This document shows, piece by piece, positions 36,299-45,604 of a DNA stretch of 64,000 nt. How positions within the stretch are numbered: the stretch's first letter is position 1; each line of letters opens with the position of its first letter. Position numbers and translations under genes: made by a program. Origin of the DNA: an uncultured Verrucomicrobiae bacterium (GTDB lineage: Bacteria > Verrucomicrobiota > Verrucomicrobiia > Limisphaerales > Palsa-1400); the NCBI GenBank assembly GCA_963707025.1, contig CAVPOM010000006.1, positions 64,001 to 128,000 on the forward strand, written 5' to 3'. The notes under the pieces are model-generated. The model worked only from the letters and a program-made list of their open reading frames with translations, made no database searches and was not told the DNA's origin.

Positions 36299-36769
36299 AT
36301 GGAAAACACTGAAAACACGAAGAAAATGAAGTGGTATTCGATCCGGGAGGCGGCCGAATATCTGGATGTGGGCGAGCCGACCCTCTACCGCTGGATGCGC
36401 GACGGCAAAATCACCTTCCGCAAAGTCGGCGATTCCACCCGTTTCTGGCAGGAGGACCTGGATTCGGTCATGCAGATCTCCTACAGCACCAAGGACGTGG
36501 CCAAGGCGCGGGAAGTCTGCCCGGTCTGCCGGCATGACGAATTGGTGGAAGGCAAGGTGCGGGGCGCCGGACTGGTTTATTTCGTGCCCAAAAAGACGAA
36601 ATTCTGGACGCTCAAGGACAGTTTCGTCGAAACGACCGGGCGGATGTGTGCGCGGTGCGGGGCGATTTCTTGGTTTGGCGACACTGCCAAACTGGCCAAA
36701 CTCCGCATCCCATCCCCCGCGAAAGAGGCCGATGAGGTCGCGCCCTCCGCAGAAAAACCGGAACCTTGA
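36299..36769 (+). CDS. Excisionase/BldC-like HTH DNA-binding protein fused to a C4 zinc ribbon
   Basis: YSIREAAEYLDVGEPTLYRWMRDGKI..RKVG..TRF; CPVC...CARCG. Confidence 0.85.
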   Translation: MENTENTKKMKWYSIREAAEYLDVGEPTLYRWMRDGKITFRKVGDSTRFWQEDLDSVMQISYSTKDVAKAREVCPVCRHDELVEGKVRGAGLVYFVPKKTKFWTLKDSFVETTGRMCARCGAISWFGDTAKLAKLRIPSPAKEADEVAPSAEKPEP

Positions 36770-36797
36770 ATTGCACTCACCAACTCGCGAAGGCGTT

Positions 36798-37550
36798 ATG
36801 AAACCAACATTGAATCATCGTCGGACGGCTTTCACTCTCATCGAGGTGCTCGCCATTATCCTTGTGATCGGTGTGCTGGCTTTAATCTATTTGCCGACCG
36901 TGGCCAGGCGCCCATACCACGGCGCCAGTCGTATCGGTTGCCTTAACAACCTCAAGGAAATCGGCGTGGGTTACAGGCTTTGGGCGGGAGATAATGGGGA
37001 TTTAGTGCCTGCCCAGCAGACGGTGATCAGCAACGGATGGAAGGATTTCCTCACCAACGCCAACCAAGGCTCAAACTGCTGGAGGAATTACGCGATTATG
37101 GGGAACGAGCTTGGGCAATCTCCAATACTGGTGATGTGCCCAAACGACGAACGGCAGGCCGCGCTCACTTTCACCAACAACTTCGATAACACTCACGTCT
37201 CGTACTTTGTGGGCGTGAATGCAAACAACGTCTATCCTCAATCAATCGCAGGCGGGGACCGAAACCTCGGCCCCGGCACCGTGCCCGACCCCGATTACGG
37301 CTACTCCCCCAAAAACGGGAAAGGCAACGACGTTACCATCCCAATCACCGGCCCTGTTTCGTGGTCATTGAAAATGCATTCAGGCGGAAACCCTCCGGGG
37401 TCCGGCAACATCTTGCTCGGCGATGGCAGCGGCCAACAAATGTCCAGCGCCAGCTTCAACCGGGACTGGCTGCGCAACGCGCAAGGAACCAACAACTGGC
37501 CGGCCGGCCGCGTCCCCGCCACTCCCTCCATCCGCCTGGTTTTTCCGTGA
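36798..37550 (+). CDS. Pseudopilin-like protein (H..GNILLGDG C-terminal motif)
   Basis: AFTLIEVLAII...CLNNLKEIG; SYFVGV; GDRNL; KMH...GNILLGDGS. Confidence 0.85.
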   Translation: MKPTLNHRRTAFTLIEVLAIILVIGVLALIYLPTVARRPYHGASRIGCLNNLKEIGVGYRLWAGDNGDLVPAQQTVISNGWKDFLTNANQGSNCWRNYAIMGNELGQSPILVMCPNDERQAALTFTNNFDNTHVSYFVGVNANNVYPQSIAGGDRNLGPGTVPDPDYGYSPKNGKGNDVTIPITGPVSWSLKMHSGGNPPGSGNILLGDGSGQQMSSASFNRDWLRNAQGTNNWPAGRVPATPSIRLVFP

Positions 37551-37552
37551 TT

Positions 37553-38299
37553 ATGAAACTCACCTTAAGCCAACGGCGGACGGCGCTCACTCGAACGGAC
37601 GTGATCGCCATAACATTCGTTGGTTTTATGCTGGTGGCCTTGGTCCTCCCCCACACGATGAAACGGAAGTCGGCGGCCCAACGCATCAGTTGCTTGAATA
37701 ATCTCAAAGAAACCGGCAACGCTTATTGTATTTGGGCCGAGGATCATGGCGACCGCAACCCCGCCGAGCAGACGGTGGCCCAGGGCGGATGGGCAGATTT
37801 GCTCACCAATGCCGATCAAGGCGCAATCTGCTGGACCAATTACCTGATCATGGCCAACGAGTTCGAAGGATGTCTGCGGCCGGTCACTTGCACGCAAGAC
37901 GAACGGCATCCGCCAGCAAACTTCAAAACGGATTTCAAGAACAATTCGCACGTCTCATACTTCGTTGGTGTCAGCGCGAACGACACTTTTCCACAGTCCA
38001 TCCAAGGCGGCGATCGCAATTTAGGCTACGGACCCGCGGCTTATCGCGGATATGGCTACTCCCCTGAAACCGGGAAGGGCAACGACGTGGCCATCCAGAC
38101 GAATTCATTATTCAAGCCAGTCTCATGGTCCTCGAAAATGCATTCCGGTGCTGGCAACATTTTGCTCGCTGATGGCAGTGGGCAAACGACCTCCAGCGCG
38201 CATTTCCGCCAAGATTGGCTGAGTCACGCCGAGCCAACCACCAACTGGCCCGCCGGCCGCGTCCCCGCCACTCCCTCCATCCGCCTGGTTTTTCCGTGA
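37553..38299 (+). CDS. Pseudopilin-like paralogue with exact H-X9-DG motif and degenerate N-terminus
   Basis: ALTRTDVIAI (versus AFTLIEV); CLNNLKE; HSGAGNILLADG; same C-terminus NWPAGRVPATPSIRLVFP. Confidence 0.85.
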   Translation: MKLTLSQRRTALTRTDVIAITFVGFMLVALVLPHTMKRKSAAQRISCLNNLKETGNAYCIWAEDHGDRNPAEQTVAQGGWADLLTNADQGAICWTNYLIMANEFEGCLRPVTCTQDERHPPANFKTDFKNNSHVSYFVGVSANDTFPQSIQGGDRNLGYGPAAYRGYGYSPETGKGNDVAIQTNSLFKPVSWSSKMHSGAGNILLADGSGQTTSSAHFRQDWLSHAEPTTNWPAGRVPATPSIRLVFP

Positions 38300-38301
38300 T
38301 T

Positions 38302-40291
38302 ATGAAACCGGCCTTGGATAGACGGCGGACGGTTTTCACAATCATTGGAATGCTCGTGGTCAGGAGGTTTGCCGGCTGCTTGTTGTTCCTTGTTCTGTCG
38401 GCGGCGGCCCAGGAAACCAACGTTGATCGGTCGCAGAGGCGTGGCCCGAAGGAAAGCGTGCCGGCGGTTGGAACAAATCTGGCTCTGCCGTGGTCAAACG
38501 GCCAACCGCCCCTGCTTTGGCGCGCACGTCTCGGCGAAGGCTATTCCGGAACGGCCGTCGCGGAGGAACGGGCCTATACACAAATGCAAACGCGGGCGGG
38601 GCAATACGTGGTGTGCCTGGACCTCGCTTCGGGCCGTCTTCTCTGGCGGACGCGCTGCAATTTCCCTTGGCAAACAGGCGGAGAATTTCCCGGTCCGTAT
38701 GCCACGCCAGTATGCAAATCGGGGAAGGTCTATTATGCCGATTGCCAGGGGCAGGCCGGCTGCCTGGATGCCCGAAGTGGAAGAACCCTGTGGACGGTCA
38801 ATCTGACCAGGAAGTTCCAAGGCGAAGGAACCGGATCCGGGTATGCCTGTTCACCGCTGGTGGACGAGGAGAGGGTCATTCTGCCGGTGGGTGGCCGGGG
38901 CGCCTCTGTGGTCGCCTGCTCAACACGGGATGGTTCCGTCCTCTGGAAATCGGGCGATGACGCCGCCAGTTATTCCTCGACTCTCGCGATTCAAGTGCAG
39001 GGCCATCGCCAGGTGGTGTCCTTTCTCCAAAATGCGCTGGTGGCCCATGATCCGCTGACCGGCCGGGAACTTTGGCGTGACCGCTGGAACTCGCCCGGGT
39101 ATGACGAGCATAACACCGCCCCGCTTTATCAAGAGCCCTACATTTTCTGCGCCGCCTCCTTCAAGAGCGGCGCGCGCGTCCTGAAACTTGGGTATGAAAG
39201 CGGAAGGGCCAAAGCCGAATTGGTTTGGCAGAGCCAGGCTCTCTGCAACGACATTTTTTCTTCGGTCATCGTCGGAGGTTTTATCTATGGTTCTGGCGTG
39301 GAGCAGATCGAGGTCAATCCAGACGGTGGCACGCGCAGCCAATTCAAATGCCTGGAGCTAACCACCGGGCGGGTGGCTTGGTCTTCGGTGGCCCATGGGC
39401 ATGCCAGCGTACTTTTTTATGACGACAAACTGTTTCTGGTCAACGAGTCGGGGGTCCTGATCGTGGTCGAACCCAGTCCGGCCGGCTACCGGGAGTTGGC
39501 CCGGAGCCAGGTCGTCGAAGGGAAAAAACCATGCTGGACAACGCCGAGCATATATCAGGGACGCTTGCTGGTCCGAAATCAAGAGATGCTGGCCTGTTAC
39601 CAGATTGGAAGCCTGCCGCCAGGCGCGGACCCCGGAACCCATGCAAAGGGTCTTGAGAGCACGATCCCCGCGGGCTACGATTTCCCGGCCAGTCTCACCA
39701 CACAAAGCCGGGATTGCACTTTGTTGGAACACCAGTCTTGCCTGGCTGGACCGGCACCATTACTCCGCATACTGGATTCCATCCCCCGGCGAGTTGGCGC
39801 GCTGGTTCGACTGCTGTGCTGGCTTGCTTGGTTTCGCGGCGGGCCTGGCGTGGATGATGCGGAAGTTCGTTGACCCGTGGCTGGCATTTTCGGTTCTGAG
39901 CGTCGTGTTCGGCATCCTGGGGCTTCCCATCTGCTCGGTCTTGACGGGTCAACTGGTGTTTACCTGGCCGGTGGCTTGTCACGCTTGCTTTGTTTTCTTG
40001 CTCACCGCGCGCGGCGGGCCGCTTCGGTTGGGAAAGATCATGCCGCGAGTCTGCCTGGCCCTCTTTGCCCTTGCCTGCATGGGTTATTACTTTGTGTGCC
40101 GTCAATTCTACCTTCTCTCTGGCATGGGTTTCCTGGCCGGATTCCTGCCGGCATTGCCCGCGACCCTGTGGTTTGAGCGCGCCGCGCGTGAAAGGCCCCT
40201 TCGCATCAGGGCGCTGCTGGCGTTCCTCCTTTCCTTCTCACTCTACTTCTGGGGATCTGCCTTGATCATCCTGTGGAGGATGGGGCGGTGA
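38302..40291 (+). CDS. PQQ-like beta-propeller protein with C-terminal multi-TM domain; probable frameshift near 39690-39740
   Basis: LWRARLGEGYS, GPYATP, YACSPLV, YSS, WTTPSI..GRLLVRN. A hydrophobic continuation lies in ORF 39605..40291. Confidence 0.75.
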
Positions 40292-40338
40292 TCTGCGTGC
40301 AAATGCCACCCCAATCATTAAATTGTCGTGCCGAATCA

Positions 40339-40474
40339 TTGCGCCTTTGCGTTAAAAGGTCTTTCTTGGGCGAGGGGGCCTCTCACCACGGGGAGCTATA
40401 GGCCATTGACCACGCGGCGAATTCCATTTTATTCTTTTTTTAACGCAAAGGCGCAAGGGCGCAAAGCCGCCAAG
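40339..40474. repeat. 19-bp perfect inverted repeat of the (GCGCAAAG)n family
   Basis: ttgcgcctttgcgttaaaa 40339-40357 / ttttaacgcaaaggcgcaa 40438-40456, continuing as 8-mer repeats. Confidence 0.8.
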
Positions 40475-40513
40475 CAAGATTTCCATTCCGTGCATCGCGC
40501 TCATGCCTGCAGT

Positions 40514-42352
40514 TTACTCCACCGCGCCCAATTTCTCAAAGCTCTCCTCGATAAAGGTGGTGTTCTGGATGCGGGAAAGTTTGGCGTAGAGGCCGTCCCG
40601 CGCCAGCAACTCGGCGTGGGTGCCGCGCTCGACAATCTCGCCGTGGCGCAAGACCAGGATTTGATCGGCGTTGCGAATGGTGCTCAAACGATGGGCGATG
40701 ACGAAGCTGGTGCGGTTGGCCATGAGGTGTTCGAGCGCCTCCTGGATCAGCTTTTCCGTGGCCGTGTCCACGCTGGCGGTGGCTTCGTCCAGCACGAGGA
40801 TGGGGGTGTTTTTCAACAGGGCGCGGGCGATGCTGATGCGCTGCTTCTCCCCCACGCTCAACTTGACGCCGCGCTCGCCGACATGGGAATCGTAGCCGCG
40901 AGGAAGACGGGCGATAAAGTCGTGGCAGTTGGCGGCGCGCGCGGCGGCCAGCATCTGCTCCTCCGCGGCGGCGGGGTTTCCGTAAAGTATATTTTCGCGC
41001 ACGGTGCCGTTGAAAAGAAAGGCCTCCTGGCTGACCACGCTGATCTGGGCGCGCAAGGAGGCCAGGGAAACGGCGGCGGTGTCCTGCCCGTCAATGGCGA
41101 TCCGGCCCGAATTGGCCTCATAAAAGGCGGGCAGCAAATTGACGAGGGTTGACTTGCCCGAGCCGGTCGGCCCGACCAGGGCAATCATTTCGCCGGGGGC
41201 GGCGCGGAGGGAGATGTTTTTCAGGGCGGCGCGGTTGGGGACGTAGCCGAAGTTGACGTTTTGGTATTCCACCCCGCCGCGGACGGGCCTGGGGAAGGCG
41301 GCCAGGCGCGGCCCGGCGGCGGGAGCGGGCCGCTCTTCGGAGGCATCCAGAATGTCAAAGACCCGTTCCCCGGCGGCGCGGGCGGCTTGCAACATTTGAT
41401 TCAAGCCATGCAACCGGCTGACCGGATCGTAAAAGAGGCCGAGGAAGAAAATGAAGGCGACCAGTTGGCCGACGGTCATGGTTCCGGCCTGGACCTGGGC
41501 GCCGCCGAACCAGAGGACCAAAGCGGTGCCGAGCGAGGCGGCAAAAGTCATGGCCGGCGAATAGACGGCCCAGACGCGCATGACCCCCAGGTTGGCATGG
41601 CGGAGGGCGTCAGCCCGTTGGGCAAAGCGCTGGTCCTCATGATCCTGCCGGCCAAAGGCCTTGATCTGGCGGATGCCTTGCAGGCTGTCCATCAGGAACG
41701 CGCTCATCGCGCTGGAGGCGACCCGTTGCGCGCGGTAGCGGCGGTGGGCCGTCAGGGTGTACCAGAGCACCCCGCCCGTCAGAATGGGAATCGGAAGCAA
41801 GACGATGGCGGCCAGCCCGGCATTTTTGTAAAACAAAGCCGCCAGCACGCCCACCACGCTCAAGGAGGCGACCGTGCCTTGCTCGGTGCCGTCAATCAGC
41901 ACCCGCTCCACCGCGTTGACATCCTCGATCACCCGCGTCATCAAGTCGCCCGAGGCGCGCTGGTCGAAATAGCCGACGGGCAGGCGTTGCAGGCGGGCAA
42001 AGACATCGCGGCGCATGTCGAAAATGACGTTTTGCTCGAAGATATTGTTGACGCGAATGCGCAAACTGTTGAAAAGGTCGCGCAGGAGGAAGGCGGCGGC
42101 CAGCAGGCCGGCCAGGGCCAGATAGTTGGTCCTGGCGCCGCCGATCAAGTTGTCAATGATGGATTGGAGCAACTGGGGAAAGGCGAAGGCACAGCCCAGG
42201 GAAAGAATGGCGCAGCCGACATTGGCCGCCGCCATCCCGCGGTAAGGCTTCAAATAAACCGCCACCCGCCGCACGATTTCCAGGGTGGACCGCTTGCGGA
42301 CCTGGAAGCCCGCCCCGTCGCCGTCATCGAAATGGGCGGGGTGGCGCGTCAT
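40514..42352 (-). CDS. ABC transporter, fused permease/ATPase (MsbA-like exporter)
   Basis: TM domain, GPTGSGKST, LSVGEKQR, VLDEATA, IAHRLST. Start inferred. Confidence 0.92.
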   Translation of the reverse strand: MTRHPAHFDDGDGAGFQVRKRSTLEIVRRVAVYLKPYRGMAAANVGCAILSLGCAFAFPQLLQSIIDNLIGGARTNYLALAGLLAAAFLLRDLFNSLRIRVNNIFEQNVIFDMRRDVFARLQRLPVGYFDQRASGDLMTRVIEDVNAVERVLIDGTEQGTVASLSVVGVLAALFYKNAGLAAIVLLPIPILTGGVLWYTLTAHRRYRAQRVASSAMSAFLMDSLQGIRQIKAFGRQDHEDQRFAQRADALRHANLGVMRVWAVYSPAMTFAASLGTALVLWFGGAQVQAGTMTVGQLVAFIFFLGLFYDPVSRLHGLNQMLQAARAAGERVFDILDASEERPAPAAGPRLAAFPRPVRGGVEYQNVNFGYVPNRAALKNISLRAAPGEMIALVGPTGSGKSTLVNLLPAFYEANSGRIAIDGQDTAAVSLASLRAQISVVSQEAFLFNGTVRENILYGNPAAAEEQMLAAARAANCHDFIARLPRGYDSHVGERGVKLSVGEKQRISIARALLKNTPILVLDEATASVDTATEKLIQEALEHLMANRTSFVIAHRLSTIRNADQILVLRHGEIVERGTHAELLARDGLYAKLSRIQNTTFIEESFEKLGAVE

Positions 42353-42552
42353 GGCCTGCAGCCTCCAGGCGGGCGCGCCGCCACGCGCCGCTCTCCGGCA
42401 AAACATCCGCTCGCATGCATCTTCGGCATAATGTAGTATATTCGCCAAATAAATTGAAGCCATCTGATAAAAGACCGGCGCCCGGAAGGAGAGGCTTTTC
42501 TGGAAATCCTTTTTTTTGGCGGCGCGGTTTGTTTGGCTGGTCCGTTTGCTGA

Positions 42553-43638
42553 ATGATTGCGAAACTGAAATTGGCCGCCTACGTGATCCTGATTGCCCTG
42601 GCCATTTGGTTTGGCCGGGCATTCCATTCCAGCTACGAGAAAATTGGCCAGACAGGCCCCGGACCCGCCACCAACGCCGCGCCGGATTCCGCCACCAACG
42701 CCGCGGCCAGCCAAACCAACCCGGCCGTCCCCCTGCCATCGCCGGCGGTTGTCAGCAACCAATCCACTAATAATCCGGCCGTGACCAACGAGGCCGCCGG
42801 CTCCAATGCCGTCCCGCTCCCCGTCACGCCGGGCGCGCCGGCGACCAACCTGGCCGCGAGTAATGCCGGCGTGGCGGAGGTGCCGACCGCCGCGGCCGGC
42901 GTGCTGGCCCCGAACGCGGCGCAAGGCGGCCGGTCGGTCAGCTATTTGGCCGCCTTTGTGGGGGCGCTGGTCGGTTTGGGCGTGTTGATGGCCTATGACC
43001 TGACGCAGTTCATCGGGTCGCGGGCGGTGGATTATTTATTCGACGATCTGGGCGAAGGGATGCGCGATCCGGAATACGAGCGGGCCGAACAAACCTGGGT
43101 CAACGGCAAGCCGTTGGAAGCGATTGAAATGATGCGGGAGTATCTGAAGAAGCACCCGCGCGAGCAGTATGTGGCGCTGCGCATCGCCGAGATTTACGAA
43201 AAGGACTTGCACAATGATGTGGCCGCCACGTTGGAATACGAGGAAGTGCTCAAGAAAAGGCTCCCCGGCGAACGCTGGGGCTGGGCGGCCATTCACCTTT
43301 GCAACCTTTACTCCCGCCTGGGCCAGCAGGACAAAATGAGGGCGCTGCTGGAGCGCCTGGCCAGGGACTACCCAAAAACGAGCGCGGCCAAAAAAGCGCG
43401 CCGCACTCTGGGCCTGCCCGAGCTGGAGGAGGAGGCGGCGGCTGCTCCCGCCGCCGGGCCGGAGGAGCCTGCCGGGGGACAGACCTATGACACGGGGCAG
43501 GTCTTCGATTTGGATGAGGCGATCGCCGCCACCGATGAGGAAGTCCCCGCCCCGCCGGCCAAGGGCGCGCCGCGGCGGCCGCTGCCGCCGGAGCCGCCCA
43601 AATCAAACCTCCCGCCCGGGTTTCGGAAAAAAGAGTGA
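42553..43638 (+). CDS. Membrane protein with Ala/Asn/Thr/Pro-rich linker and TPR-like domain
   Basis: Two hydrophobic segments, TNAA-rich linker, helical repeat, Pro-rich tail. Confidence 0.7.
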   Translation: MIAKLKLAAYVILIALAIWFGRAFHSSYEKIGQTGPGPATNAAPDSATNAAASQTNPAVPLPSPAVVSNQSTNNPAVTNEAAGSNAVPLPVTPGAPATNLAASNAGVAEVPTAAAGVLAPNAAQGGRSVSYLAAFVGALVGLGVLMAYDLTQFIGSRAVDYLFDDLGEGMRDPEYERAEQTWVNGKPLEAIEMMREYLKKHPREQYVALRIAEIYEKDLHNDVAATLEYEEVLKKRLPGERWGWAAIHLCNLYSRLGQQDKMRALLERLARDYPKTSAAKKARRTLGLPELEEEAAAAPAAGPEEPAGGQTYDTGQVFDLDEAIAATDEEVPAPPAKGAPRRPLPPEPPKSNLPPGFRKKE

Positions 43639-43646
43639 GGCGCGTC

Positions 43647-44894
43647 ATGACCGATTCTTACATTCAGAAGCTGCTGGCCGAGCGGATCGGCGGAAAGAAT
43701 TACGGCAAATCCGGCGCGATTTATAAATTTGAAAAAATCAAACGGGCCAAACGGGCCGCGCTCGCCGCCCATCCCGGGGGAGAAATCATTGATTTGGGCG
43801 TGGGCGAGCCGGACGAAATGGCCTGCCCGGAAGTCGTGACCAAACTGGCGGAGGAAGCGCGCCGTCCCGAAAACCGGGGCTACGCGGACAACGGTGACAG
43901 CGTTTTAAAGGAAGCCGCGGCGCGGTATCTGGAAAAAGTTTGCGGCGTCTGCGGCATCAATCCCGAAACCGAAGTGATGCACTCCATCGGGAGCAAGGCG
44001 GCGCTTTCCCTCTTGCCCGCCGCGCTGATCAATCCCGGGGATGTGGCCTTGATGACGACGCCGGGGTATCCGGTTTTTGGCGCCCACGCCAGATATTATG
44101 GCGGCGCGGTCCATAAATTGCCGCTGGCCGCAGCCCGTCATTTTTTGCCCGACCTGGCCTCCATCCCGTCCGAAGTGCTGGGCAAAGCCAAGGCGCTGGT
44201 GCTCAATTATCCGAACAACCCGACGGGGGCGGGGGCGACGCCGGAGTTTTTCGGGCAAGTGGTCGCGTTCGCCCGGAAACACGGGCTGGCGGTGATTCAC
44301 GACGCGGCTTACGCCGCGCTGGTGTTTGAAGGCAAGCCGCTGAGTTTCCTGGCCACGCCCGGGGCGAAGGAGGTGGGGGTGGAGTTGCATTCGGCCAGCA
44401 AGAGTTTCAACATGACGGGGTGGCGTTGCGGATTTGTCGCCGGCAACGAATTGCTGGTGCGCGCTTACGGGGATGTGAAAGACCACAGCGATTCGGGCCA
44501 GTTTCTGGCCATCCAACATGCCGCCGCCTATTGTTTTGATCATCCGGAAATCACCGAAAAGATTGCGGCCAAGTATTCCAGGCGGATGAGCGGTCTGGTG
44601 GAAGTCCTGAAAAAGTGCGGCTTCAACGCGGTGAAACCCAAAGGCTCATTTTTCCTTTATGTCCCTGCGCCCAGGGCGGCGGTTTTGGCAAACGGCCGCC
44701 GGCTGGAATTCAAGGACGCCGGGGAAGTTTCGCAATGGCTCATAACTGAGAAGCTCATCTCCACCGTGCCGTGGGACGATGCGGGGGCCTGCCTGCGTTG
44801 GAGCGTGACCTTCGTGGCCAAAGACCAGGCCGGGGAGGAGCGTGTCTTGCGCGAGGTGGCGGCGCGGCTGGCGGATGTGAGGCTGGAGTTTTGA
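43647..44894 (+). CDS. dapL: LL-diaminopimelate aminotransferase
   Basis: ERIGG..YGK...YKFEKIKRAK, IGSKAAL, NYPNNPTG, DAAY, HSASKSFNMTGWR. Confidence 0.8.
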   Translation: MTDSYIQKLLAERIGGKNYGKSGAIYKFEKIKRAKRAALAAHPGGEIIDLGVGEPDEMACPEVVTKLAEEARRPENRGYADNGDSVLKEAAARYLEKVCGVCGINPETEVMHSIGSKAALSLLPAALINPGDVALMTTPGYPVFGAHARYYGGAVHKLPLAAARHFLPDLASIPSEVLGKAKALVLNYPNNPTGAGATPEFFGQVVAFARKHGLAVIHDAAYAALVFEGKPLSFLATPGAKEVGVELHSASKSFNMTGWRCGFVAGNELLVRAYGDVKDHSDSGQFLAIQHAAAYCFDHPEITEKIAAKYSRRMSGLVEVLKKCGFNAVKPKGSFFLYVPAPRAAVLANGRRLEFKDAGEVSQWLITEKLISTVPWDDAGACLRWSVTFVAKDQAGEERVLREVAARLADVRLEF

Positions 44895-44907
44895 TTTTCC
44901 GGCGGCT

Positions 44908-45357
44908 TCAACCCATCCGCTCCAGTTCGCTTTGCAGCGCCATCTGGAAGTCCTGCAGGTCGGCGGGGGACGGTTTGTAACCTTTTTCCGCCGGCGTCAG
45001 TCCCAGCCGGCCCATCTGGTCGAGGTACCAGTCGGCGCTTTTGCCATCGCTGAATTTGACTTTGCCGCTGGCCATCGCCCCGGCCCGGGTGATTTGGTCC
45101 AGGGTGAGGCGGACCTTGCTGGCGGGCAGATCGCGCGGAGGTGGATTGTCCGCGGCTTTTGCGGCGGTTTTGGGAGGTGGCGGCGGCGGGGCGGGGTCTT
45201 TGGGGGTCAGTTTGAGATCGTCCACCAGCAGCCGCACCTGGAGGTAGGTCTGGCGCGAACCCCATTGCGCCTCCATCCGTTTTTGGATGTCGGCGATTTT
45301 GAGCCCCTCCTCAATCCAGGCGGCCACTTGTTTTCTTTTTGTTTCGTCCAAGTTCAT
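44908..45357 (-). CDS. Conserved-looking hypothetical protein
   Basis: Folded-looking N- and C-terminal domains with a Pro linker; GTGTCA-N17-TAGCAT promoter 7 nt before ATG. Confidence 0.7.
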   Translation of the reverse strand: MNLDETKRKQVAAWIEEGLKIADIQKRMEAQWGSRQTYLQVRLLVDDLKLTPKDPAPPPPPPKTAAKAADNPPPRDLPASKVRLTLDQITRAGAMASGKVKFSDGKSADWYLDQMGRLGLTPAEKGYKPSPADLQDFQMALQSELERMG

Positions 45358-45604
45358 GGAGGGAATGCTAGCACGCCCGCCCCGATTTGACACGAGCCGA
45401 ATTGAAGAAACTGGAGAAGCACGCCGGCGCGCCAGCCGGCGGCCGAGGCGGCGAGGAGGACATTACAGGGAAATAACGCCTGTGGAAGGTGCTGACCTCA
45501 AGCCAATTATGTCAAAACCAAGCGCATGGCTCAAAGCACATTGTCAAGTGGGCGGCGGAAAGCGCAGTGACGGAGTTGAAATCTTGTTTGATACGGCAAG
45601 CCTT

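Noticed and set aside
36299..36769. Prophage or ICE marked by an excisionase
   Set aside because: No integrase, att/tRNA site or phage genes in the window.
36798..38308. Shufflon or diversity-generating retroelement acting on the pilins
   Set aside because: Repeats are direct, there is no recombinase or reverse transcriptase, and the mismatches do not show a DGR-like adenine-specific pattern.
45574..45600. Possible IS end (GCAGTGACGGAGTTGAAATCTTG)
   Set aside because: No partner repeat found in the window, so it cannot be supported.
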